64,000 bases of DNA from Epiperipatus broadwayi (Eukaryota > Animalia > Onychophora): positions 1,860,001 to 1,924,000 of the forward strand of contig JAQFVV010000007.1 in assembly GCA_028023455.1 (NCBI GenBank). Direction: 5' to 3'. A program made the translations under genes and the position numbers. Below, piece by piece: positions 11,720 to 23,084 of the stretch. The notes below the pieces were generated by a model. The model made no database searches and had not been told where the DNA came from. It saw only the letters and a program-made list of their open reading frames with translations. Every line of letters begins with the position of its first letter. Position 1 is the stretch's first letter.

Positions 11720-13615
11720 TTGGGTGGCTCCATTAAGATTTTATGTATTTTGTTTAATGTATAGATATAATTTATTTTCTTTAATATGCCAAAAATTGCC
11801 AAATTTGCGAGTTTTAAAAAGGGGGGGAAATAATTGTTTAATTTGGAAAGAAGTGTGGCTTCATTTAAAACCTATTAATAAAGTTTTGTTTATATTAAAT
11901 AGAAATTGCTCACGAGTTTGGTTTTATTTTAAATTCGTTATTCTTAAAGTCAATTAAAAACTTTTACTGTGGATGAATTCTGCTAAATTTACTGCTTTGA
12001 ATTTGTTTTTAAAATTTCATTTTAAAAAATCATGAACCTTGATTAATATAATTAGTCCATCCTTTCCTGCTGTTGCCTAAAGGGTTAATGTAATCCATAA
12101 TATGTATATGGGAATCAAATTTAAATATAAATTTTATTAGTTTAATGCTATAGAAAAGAGTTATTATTCATTACAATTTGTTAAATGACTCAGGATTGAA
12201 AACAGGTTATTGCTCAAAAGGTTAGACCATTCCAAACTTTAAAATAATATTATATGAAAATTATATTATAAAATTATATAAACATTGCTGGCATACCTTT
12301 ACCTTTATTCTGATATATTATCTTTTCCATTTCTTGATTGTTTTATCATTGGGGACATCGGAAGCCTGAAGCTCCCATCCTACTTTTCAAAATCATTTCT
12401 AATCAGGGACACCACTCCCTGTAGAATGTGAGGCTTATGAGGTTAATGTCCTGCAAGTGACTGTACATCAGGCTCTGGGATTTCAAACCCAGCCTCTCCA
12501 TTGATATCACTCTGCCAGAATGTGTGGGCATATCAAATCTAAGTTTGTTTCAAATATTTTTTTAAAAATGATACAATATCCAATTCTGCCACGAAGGCCA
12601 GATTTTTTTATTGTATGCTAATACCATTACTCTGCTCCTTAATTTGATCACCATCTGCCTAACCTTAGTAAGTCGCAATGATGTGTTAAAGATGACTCAT
12701 TTCGTAAACTACATTCAGCATGTTAGTTTTAAAACTGCTTTCTTTTAAAAACCGTTATCAATTTCCATAGATATAAATCTAATATGTATTAATGATTGTA
12801 TAATTTATTCTTGTAAATGTAGCACATTGTTTGTTTCTTGTATACTTATTCTAAAGACGCTATGTCCAAACAATGCCTATCAAACATATATAATGATTTT
12901 AAGATTATAAATAAATGATTGAGACCGTATATTTATATTCATTTGTCAAAATGATTAATGCTAAATTATCAGGTATCTTTCTGTAATCCAAATCTGTTCC
13001 AATCTTGTAGATTGTTTTGTGCATCCACAATATTCTGTTAGTAAAAATTTATTAAATTGGCATATTAATTCTGCACAAGTTACAATACATTCTATAAAAT
13101 TATATTCATGAAATAATTAAGAAAGAGGATTTTATAAAAACCAATCCCAAGTTTGTACATGTATAATGTCACCCCAAACATGAAACCATTTTTGTAATAT
13201 ATATATATATATATGCATTTGTTTAATATTTTATTAAATATATATATTTCATGTAAATCCTGGTTAGTTGTTGAATAATTATTTTCTAATTAGTATTTAG
13301 AATTATTTTCTTTAGCTAATAACTTAGCATTAATAAATATAACGTTCATAAATGTAATTCCTGGGCTACTCTTATCTCGATCATCATCATCAGTCTGATC
13401 TTATGTTCTACTGCTTTGCTTCTGGGCCTGGAATTAAAATAATTGTGTTATATCATCAGGATTGTTGTTCATTGGGTCAGAGATTCGAAGAATAGGAAAA
13501 TAGGTTAGAATTCAGGATTGCTCCAGACCTCTGTGTCTCAAGCATGATCAGATTCAATGTACTTTTACTTAGGATTTGAATCTTATTAAGTGAGCAGACT
13601 ATTTTGACTGGTACA
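10583..13615 (+). repeat. A 5' LTR (about 3.0 kb)
   Basis: TGAAGCAGT...ACTGGTACA termini; colinear with A' LTR 28099-30917; TATAAAA at 11157-11163; (AT)n expansion at 11631-11715. Confidence 0.85.
11631..11715. repeat. (AT)n microsatellite, about 42 units (other TA tracts near 3471, 6641, 10768, 20672, 47085, 47161, 61430)
   Basis: Directly visible; the equivalent site in A' (about 29088-29100) is short. Confidence 0.97.
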
Positions 13616-13635
13616 GTAGCTTTTTTCCCCAGGCT

Positions 13636-13655
13636 TGTATGCCCAATCATGGGGC
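13636..13655 (+). promoter_or_regulatory. PBS of A, tRNA-Lys(CUU)-like (degenerate)
   Basis: TGTATGCCCAATCATGGGGC, 20 nt after the LTR end; same position as the A' PBS. Confidence 0.6.
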
Positions 13656-13759
13656 TTCATTAATAATTTCACACCCTGAAAAGACCATTGATAATATATA
13701 TGTATATTTATTTCCTACCTGAGTTTGTTTTCCGATGTTATATATATAAAATGTGAAAA

Positions 13760-14155
13760 TTTTGTATTAAAACCAATGTCCATGCGATGCAACCATAAAT
13801 GTAATTTTTTTTTTTTGTATGTGGTTTTGCAACTATAGAAAAATATTGTTTTTCCTTGTTTATAGCTACAAATGTAAAAAAAAAGTTTTTAAAAGGGTAA
13901 GAATTTTGATACCCATGTGTTACAACCATAAGTGATTTTATTTCTGTATCTGGTTTTATAACCATATAAAATGTGTTTTTTATGTTATATACATGAAAAT
14001 AAAAATGTTTTGCAAATAAAATCCATGTATTTTACCCATAAGTGATTTTTTTTTCTGTATCTGGTTTTATAACCATATAAAATGTGTTTCTTATGTTATA
14101 TACGTGAAAATAAAAATGTTTTGCAAATAAAACCCATGTATTTTACCCATAAGTT
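13760..14155 (+). repeat. Degenerate 113-135 bp tandem repeats in the A 5' UTR (3 units in A' at about 31125-31400)
   Basis: Recurrent CCATGTnTTnnA(A/C)CCATAA(G/A)TG..TTTT..GTATCTGGTTTT units; four in A, the middle two near-identical. Confidence 0.75.
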
Positions 14156-14758
14156 AGAAATCGTGAAATTATAACAAGGTATATGACATGTTTATTTTAT
14201 TTTATATACATTATATATGTAATAAGAGTAAATACTATGTAGCAAATATTTATTAATATTCACAAGTTGAGTAGCCCAAATGTGTTTGGAATTTTTTTTA
14301 TATACTGTTGGCTGGTGCCTTTATATAAATGTGCCAACAGGTAATATAAAAAAGGTATTAAAATGAGTTTGAACCAGGATGTTAGGGGTTGAGAGAGAAA
14401 GAGTTAAATTATTTTCCACTATTTTTCTATGTATATTATTATGAACAAACATATATGATATTGTTGAAATAAATGACTAATCAAATGTTCTTGTAAGAGT
14501 CTATTATAGATGCAGAAAAACAAACAAAAGTCAAGCAGCAAGGCAGTTGAATTCCAATAGATCATATACATGCATGGTATGATCATTTTTTTTCTTTATT
14601 TATAAGCAGCAGTCAGCAGAAACAAAAAATGGCAAAATGGAGATAGTTGAAGAGAGGAGGGAGAGAGGTGTATATCCTGCATAAAATAATAAAAGTTTAA
14701 ATCAAAATATTAACATATATTTCACAGATACCTTTAAAATTGACTATCTTTCAAAAGA

Positions 14759-16378
14759 ATGAAAAAAGTGAATTGTCAAGAAAACATAAGAACAATGATG
14801 CCAGAGGAAGAATGTAAGTGCATAGCCATGCTGTATAGTATGCTTCAGGATATGGAAAAAGAGTCTGAAAAATGATAGAAAGAACTTGAAGAGCAATGGA
14901 AGGAACTCATGAAAGAAATGAGAAGTGGGATAAAACACAGCCCAAAAAAAAACAAAGAGGAAGCCCAGCTGGACTTAGAAGGGACTAGCTTTGCTGTTAA
15001 TGTAGAATCAAGTGAATGCCAAACAGACAACAGTATTACTGCCACAACTGCTGAGGAGAAAGAGAGTAAAATGATAGATGTGATCTTAGATACAATGAAC
15101 TATAGTGCTAATGATATGGCTGTAGATATCGAATGTAAATCAATGGATGCAAAGTGAGAAATCAAGAATATGGCCATTATTCCAAATTCTCCAAATGATA
15201 TGAGTATGACTATAGAGTGCCAATTAACTGGAATAAAATCAAATATTGATAAGATTAGTACTGCTTTGGACATTCCAGCTGATGGTTTCAAAGATGTACC
15301 AGTTCCCAAGCAAAGGGAGCCTATTGATCTAACCAAAGACAAGATAGTCTGTGTAGAAACAATTTTGGAAAATACAGTAGTGGAAGACATGAAAGTTGTG
15401 AATGAAATTGAAGATTCTGAACAGGAGGCTAACCAAATAGAGAATCTGATGAACCAAACAAGAGAACTGGAAAGATTTGAAGATGGTTCCACCTTCAGAT
15501 CAAAAGATATTGATGCTGAAACCAAAGATAAGACAGTTTTCATGGAAGCACTTTTAAAAGACAGTGGAGATGAGGACATAAAACCTCAGCCAACTAAAAT
15601 AAGGTTGGAACCTCATGAGAATCTGTTGGTGAAAACAAATGCCAACTCTATTCCACAAAAAAGTAAAGAATTAGCTTCTAATTTGACAGAAGTTACTCAC
15701 AGTCAAAGTTTTACTCTAACAGATTTAGCTAAGAATAAAGAAAGTACTGAGGGAATCGTGGTTTCAAATCTACTGCAAGACAGCCCATCTCAAAGTGATG
15801 ATACCAGTTTAACACCTTCTACTGGAGTGGCTGTATCGATCATGAAAAATATCAATAGAACAATACATACTGTTTTGGATGAATCTTCTGAAATCATAAT
15901 TGATAATTCTGAGTTACATTTTCATAATAAATATAAAGATGTTCTGTGGAAAAGTGATGATGAGGGGTTGATGAAAACATCAAAGTTAAAGTTTAGGAAT
16001 GATGCTGAATGGCCTACTGATATGAAGAGGAAGGAAATGGACAGATCTTTGGGTGTGGCTAATACTGCTCATTTTAATAAGTCCAACAATCATTTATTTA
16101 TAACATATGATCAGAACAAAATTGATGAGAAGCTGAATTTATTATAAAGAGAAGATAAAATCTATTTGAAAGCATGGGCTTATATAAAGAAAAATAGTTT
16201 CATAAAGGATGTAGAAAAACTTCTCAATTCTCAAAGTGAATATGTTATAATGGATGCCATTATATCACAGAAAGTTGGAAAAATTCTTTTAATGCAAAAT
16301 ATGTTTAATAAAGAACAATATGATAATATAATACTAAGATACAACTTTAGAAAGAGACCTAGAAAGACATATCTATAA
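14759..16378 (+). pseudogene. 540-codon single-frame pseudo-ORF (coiled-coil start, acidic body, basic C-terminus) in the gag position of A; product unknown
   Basis: ATG 14759 and ORFs 14909-15157, 15170-16147, 16166-16378 share one frame, broken only by in-frame stops; no capsid, protease, RT or IN motif seen. Confidence 0.7.
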
Positions 16379-17123
16379 CCCAGGGGAACATCGTTTTGAG
16401 CCTTATATACCTCCAGATACAGGAAAATATCATTATAGAAAAAAAAAAAAAGGAAATAGCAGTCATGGATACATTCATTTCAAATATTCTTTTAAAAATG
16501 ATAGAATATCCTAAACTGCCATGAAGGCTAGATTTTTTTATTGTATGCTAATACCATTACTCTGCTCCTTAATTTGATCACCATCTGCCTAACCCCAGTA
16601 AGTCACAATGATGTGTTAAAGATGGTGATTCATTTCATAAAATAGATTCAATATGTTGATTTTAAAACTGCTTTGTTTTAAAAACTGTTATCAATTCCCA
16701 TAGATGTAAATCTAAATTGTATTAATGATTGTATAACATATTGTTTGTTTTTTGTATACTTATTCTAAAGATGCTATGTCCAAACAATGCCTATCAAACA
16801 TATATAATGATTTTAAGATTGTAAATAAATGATTGAGATGTATATTTATATTTATTTGTCAAAATGATTAATGTTAAATTATCAGGTATCTTTCTGTAAT
16901 CCAAAACTGTTCCAATCTTGTAGATTGTTTTGTGCATCCACAACATTCTGTTAGTAAAAATTTATTAAATTGGCATATTAACTCTGCACAAGTTACAATA
17001 CATTCTATAAAATTATATTCATGAAATAATTAAGAAAGAGGATTTTATAAAAACAAATCCCAAGTTTGTAAATATATAATGTCACCCCAAGCGTGAAACC
17101 ATTTTTGTAATATATATATATAT

Positions 17124-19805
17124 TGTAACAGTCAGAATTGTCTATCTCGCTAACACACTGCAGAATTCAAACCCCAGACACGAAACTGAACATTCTAGGA
17201 GGGGTTGCCTTCTAGATATACTAAGTTCGAATCTAAAGTCCAAATTTCACAGCGCCTTCTACATGATAACACATCTGATGCCACTACTAATATAACCTTT
17301 GACCGGTGCCTGGTGGTCAGGGAGAAACAAAAGACTCTATACTAAAAGAAGCTTGGGTGGCTAATTAACGTCTATGGATTTACAAAAGAAATGCAGAAAA
17401 TATATATATCTATAGACCGAGACAGTGATAGGAATCAAATAAAATAAGAGATCAAATTTAGTTTTAAATAATTTCACAAAATTTATTTATATAAATTATA
17501 TATATAATGCCACTGTCTGCTTATATGAGACAGGGACGCATATTAAATAATTGTTGGCATTATATTCCAATAAATGACAAAAGTTTTAAAACAAAGTGAT
17601 ATATTCTATTCCTCGGGTTAATAGCATTAAGATTATGTGCTTGATGAGATAGGAACATGTGCGAGGTGCTTTGAGCAATTATACAAGTCTAAGAAAATAT
17701 TTGAAAATTAAGTGTTCTAAAATATTTATTGATTTCTGAGAATAGCATGGACAAAAGCTTACTAAGCAACAAAGTGGGAATGTGATCAAAGCATTTATTC
17801 GATAATAATAATAGTTACATTGGGAGGTCAGTATTGCTGATAATGAATTTATTAATGTTGTAGGGTGTGACACGTTTAAGTCACAGATGCTTTGTAAAAA
17901 TAATATATAAAATAAAACAATATTGAAGATCCAGAATAATTACGGAGGGCATCACGCCGCTAACCTGTAGGAAAGTATTTTACGAACAGCCAAAACTTAG
18001 CGACTGGGTGACGATTGCGTTTAATTCCCAGGTGTGTCACTGCCTGGAAACCGCAAACAAAGAGAATGGACTTAGCTGTGTAAAGAATCCTTGGAAAAGT
18101 AAAACAAAGCGGTCTCAACAACCAATTCATGTACCAGCAATACGAGACTAGTATATATAAAACACCTAAATGGGTTTTACTTGGATTAAGAGAAATGCTC
18201 AATCAAATTCCCAAAAATTCATTTAAAAGGGTTCACACATTCTCGACGTCAATGATGAACTTTGTAATTAAAGTGGAACACGGTAATTAAAATAAGAAAA
18301 TGCATGCTTGTGGTTTGAAAAGTAAGTATAGATTTATATACGCAATCATGCATTTGGGGACACATTTAAATCATTGACCTCACACATACTCTCATAGTAG
18401 ATTAAAATCAATAACATGTAGATTTTAAACTATGTGATTATATTATATATTAAAGAAAAGAATCGCCCTTGAACGAGTGATTTGCAAGATAATAAAAATT
18501 GGAAATTATTTAGAAATTTAAAATATGCCTTTATAGCAGCGTCTTAGTTTCAACAAAAAGAATAATTCACTCGGTCAAAGACGATTCTGACACATTATCA
18601 TAATAAAATAACAGAAAGCTTAATAAATAGAAAATATTAACCCAAGTATAGAGAGCAAAATGTTGAGTATATTTAAACATGTTAAAGAATAAGTTACGTG
18701 AAATATCAGAAAACAATTTAAAATACCTATAGCATGTTAGTTATCACAAGAGCTCTTGGGTTAATTTAGGGTTACCTCTGGAGAAGCATTTTTAGGTAGA
18801 TTGATGGTCGGCAGGTTTTTTATATAATTTAACAGCAAAATCTGGAAATGTTCATATTTTTGCAGCAGCAGCAGTTCCGGGGTTCCTTATGTGATAGCTT
18901 CCGATGGTCTGGAGCAGCAGCTGGCTATACCGAGGGGACATAGCCATCTTGATGCCCCTATTCTGTCATGTCAAGGTTAGCAAATTATTAGAATAGAACT
19001 CAGAATGATTTCTCTTAGAAACATTAGAAGAATGGAGAACAAAAGAAAAACCTCCTTTTTATAGTAGAATTTAACAAAAGAACTGCCCTGGAGCATTACA
19101 AAAATATATCGGACTTATCAGCTGTAATCATCCGAATGTCTAAAGGAATTCAACATTAATTAATTTCTTTTGTTACTTTCCCTGTCGACATTCGAATTAC
19201 AAACTAGATTTAATTAAAAATTACTTTTATTAATTAAAGAAAACCTTAAGTGGACATCTGCTGTTTTTAGATAAACTTATAGAACATTAACTAATTAAAC
19301 TATTGTCCCTAATTTATTTTAACTGAAATATTTGGAATGACTTTTATTAAATCAAACAAAAATTATTTTACTTTTACATCGCAATATTTGAATCTATTTA
19401 CTAAACGAATATTTATTAAATGAATTTTATTTTAAATCAAAATATATTACGACGGTAATATATTTGTAAATAGATTCAAACAAAATAACTTTAACAATTT
19501 ATAATTTTGATATGTTTTAAAATGCATATCATAGTGTGTGCACAATTACGACTTATATAACCTACTTTTTAATAAATCAAAATTATGTGAACATATACAT
19601 AATCTATAATCTTTTATTTATTTGGGAATGAATTATATATATAATATGAGCATTGTACTCGTGGTTTAAAATTAGGTGGGATTTTCGGTATATAAGCATA
19701 TGACAGACATACTATGATAGATTGGGGTACAAACTAAGGTATGAGGGTAGGAAATAGGTGAGAAAAGTTGAAACGAAGATCTGCAAAGCAGACATTACTG
19801 TTTCA
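17124..19805 (-). mobile_element. Element C: solo LTR (2682 bp)
   Basis: TGTAACAGT...ACTGTTTCA termini with ATAT on both sides, in a TA tract of the A 3' LTR, which resumes at 19806; left end resembles the D U5 end; no coding sequence. Confidence 0.85.
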
Positions 19806-19869
19806 ATATATATATATATATATATATATGCGTTTGTTTAATATTTTATTAAATATATATATTTCATGT

Positions 19870-20675
19870 TGTAACAGTATGGTGTGATATACCCGGATGT
19901 TCCGGCCTACAGATACATTTGAACACACACAGATCAACTCTAACAATCAGCTAGTTCTTCCATAATCTATACCAACTTACTTCCAATCTAAAAGTGCTGG
20001 TGCACTTGTCTGCCATATCCCAAAGTTGATAGTGCCCCATGGAACAAACCAGTCCATCCACATATATAGGTGAAAGAGAGCAAGCTCGCATCTAACTACT
20101 GTCGGACCTAGGGTCTTCATGTAGGATGCTAGAGATAAAACGATAAAACACCTGACTCATGATTACATCCATTTTCAATAAACCAGCCTAAGCATAATCC
20201 ATCAAATTTACATGCAATCCAAATCAGTTCATCTCACCACTCTTTTCCAAAACCGTTGCCTCAGATATTCGAACTCAGGAAGAATTCGCATTCAACTCTC
20301 TTAACAGGTATGTATCTATGCATATTCTTAATCAATGACTAAAATAATATATCCTATCTATTGAACAAAATATAACCCATATTTAATGATCTCTCCCATG
20401 CTTATTAAGCAATAATGTGGATGTGTGTATGTGTAAAACATAGGTTATAAGATGTAAGTGTTTAATTGAATATAAATGCTGGATCAACAAAACTACAGAG
20501 ATCTTGTCAATCTATAAAACTTCATAATATTTATTTACAAACAAAAATAGGATATATTTAAACATAAATTCTTAAACAATTTAGAAAAGCAAAGAAAATT
20601 TCTATATAGAAAAATATTTAAAAAAATCTCAATAAAAAGAGATATATATATATATATATCTCTTATTATTGAGAT

Positions 20676-20719
<44 letters not shown>

Positions 20720-21160
20720 GATGCCAATAAATTACTTGGATACCTCTATGGATTCACAGTTTCTATGTCTATTATGATAATAATAAAAAAAAATGATTAG
20801 TTCACAATGAGACTGCCAACTCTAAGTAAATTTAACTGCAACCTCAGATATAATAATCGTGAAAAAATATAATGATAACACAACACAGAATATGATAGAA
20901 CATAAGATAAAGAATACTATTTAAAAGAAAAATGTTAGTCATTTATTCAATTTATCTTAAGAAATATTAGTAACATATAAATAATTAATCATGTCATGTG
21001 ATACATATTTTATATCAGTGGCTTTTAAAAATAATAATAATAATAAAATATCTTACCGTAAAATAGTCTAGTAAAGCACTTAATTGTTTGTGCATATTTC
21101 TATCTCACATCTGTCAGTAGAAAGTAAATCTAAATTTTATTAAAAAAAAAAAACTTTTCA
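19870..21160 (-). repeat. B 3' LTR
   Basis: TGTAACAGT...ACTTTTCA; matches 36405-37617. Confidence 0.9.
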
Positions 21161-21180
21161 ACCTATCCCCCTTCCCCCCT
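21161..21180 (-). promoter_or_regulatory. Polypurine tract of B
   Basis: Plus strand ACCTATCCCCCTTCCCCCCT directly abutting the LTR. Confidence 0.8.
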
Positions 21181-23084
21181 TACTCTCTTGATATTTTCCC
21201 ATATTGGATTGTTCCTTCTACATATAATTAGCAATTGCTTTTTCCAAATATAAGATGAGATAAAAATTAAAACAAAAAAATATAAATTGATAAAAAAAAT
21301 AAAATAAAACATAATTTACAATTTTCCTTTATACAAAGTCCTTATGGATGATGTATTTTGTTAAATAGATGTTGGTAGAACTACTGTTTGATTTACAGAG
21401 CATCCTGAAGTATCTCAGTGGGCAGTCTGTGTGTAGTTAGGTGTTATTCATCCCATAGATTTTTATCCAGTGTAAATGTCAACTCCTCAGGCAAACAGAC
21501 TGTAGACAGTCACATCTTGATATTTTATATGGTCATAGTCGATAGGAACAATGCTTCAACCCCTGACACAATTATGCTCTTTAGCCAAAATATTTCATGC
21601 TTGAACTATACACATATATATATACAACTTTACATAAATCTATAGTCCAATAAAATATTTTTATTGAGAATAAAAACTTAACTGTTTTAATTTCTTTTTT
21701 TCAGTTCCTTTTAAACAAACATCAGGTTACTTTTCTTTTTTTTAAAAAAATTTGAATTAATAATGATTTCCACTTCTCTATCGAATAAATCAGATTAATG
21801 TTCCATCCATTTCTTTTTTTTATTCGAATGTCGAATTAATTAAGAAAAATTGTCTATTTTGTAGAACAATATAAAAATATAATCCTCCTGATCTAACTAG
21901 CTTGACCGATCTTTTTTTTTTCCAACCAAAAGAAAGCAGACGATTTCTTAATTGTTTCCTTTTTATCTTGGCACTATTTCTATTATTTGAAAACAAGCAT
22001 TTCAGCTTTTAAAATATTTTTTTACATTGATTCATTAAAAAAATAATACAACACATTCTAAAATAAATTTATAATATTTTTATCTCACTGTATATTCAAA
22101 ATATTGATTCACTCTCTACTGTTATAATTATTGTTTTTCCCTTTTTTTTTATTTAAGTCATTGTCAACCCAATTAACACAACACAAACAATCAACACATA
22201 TATATAACTATGTACATTTTTTCTATTAAGATTGGCATTTTCTTAGCAACAAAATTGTATTACTAATATATATATATATGTGGGCATTTTTTTTTTTACG
22301 GTCAATTATCCATCATTAATAACTACTTAGTAAGTAGTTATTACACTGCTTAGAAAATATTAAAAATATAAAAACATTAATCTTTTTCAAAAGTGTTTAA
22401 GCAAAAACCTTTTATTTCTACTTGCTAAATAAAAAAAACAATCTTCCCTTATTTCAGTTTGCTTAGGTAGGTTGTTGGATAGCGATTTTTAGCTACCTGC
22501 ACAATTCCCCTTCCCTACACAAGATTGAAATTTTGCTTATAACTCAAAATTTTATCTTCTAATGATTGTAAAGCATATACATTTTGGGTATATTAAACTC
22601 TTATCTGTGAAAAATCACAACACTGACTTTCTTCCCTTTCTTTCAATCTCAAAATTTCAAATACCTGTCCTGGCATTCCCTCTCTCAATAATTACATATC
22701 ATTCCAAGTGAGAACCAATCTTGGGGCAATATATATATATTAATATTTTGCTGTTCAATTTTATGGTATGAATCTGACCATTTATGTATCTCTATAATAG
22801 ATGATACATATCCTTGTTCACTGATCTCTCTCCTGCTCTTCTCTAGAGACTTACTGGATTTTGAGGACTACATGAACTAGAGTATCCATCGCCTTGCGTG
22901 GATTGACTAAAAAAAAGAGGTCAGTTCTAAGATATACCAGTATGTCTACTGAAGCATACCCTCATAAATACAATATGTTAATTATTACAACCCTAACATT
23001 TTTTTTATGTTCTCTCACTTTTCTTAACTCCATTGTCATTTCTACTGCTAACTATTAGTTGGTGATGAAATTATTTATTTCATA

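Larger units (their letters stand above)
10583..19869 (+). mobile_element. Element A: non-autonomous LTR element nested in the D 3' LTR (right end lost)
   Basis: TGAAGCAGT after ATAT; LTR to 13615, PBS, 5' UTR, acidic ORF, then 3' LTR remnants 16478-17123 and 19806-19869 matching 12548-13255. Confidence 0.8.

Noticed and set aside
11619-11957. 112-aa ORF with IY repeats
   Set aside because: Translation of an (AT)n microsatellite within an LTR.
15100-15579. Antisense ORFs over coding remnants (also 23404, 25631, 26772, 32167, 33885, 42646, 44690, 56028)
   Set aside because: Shadow frames of the real gag, pol or acidic ORFs.
21181-23084. env gene between B integrase and PPT
   Set aside because: AT-rich, no long minus-strand ORF, no signal peptide, furin or TM pattern; treated as a long 3' UTR.
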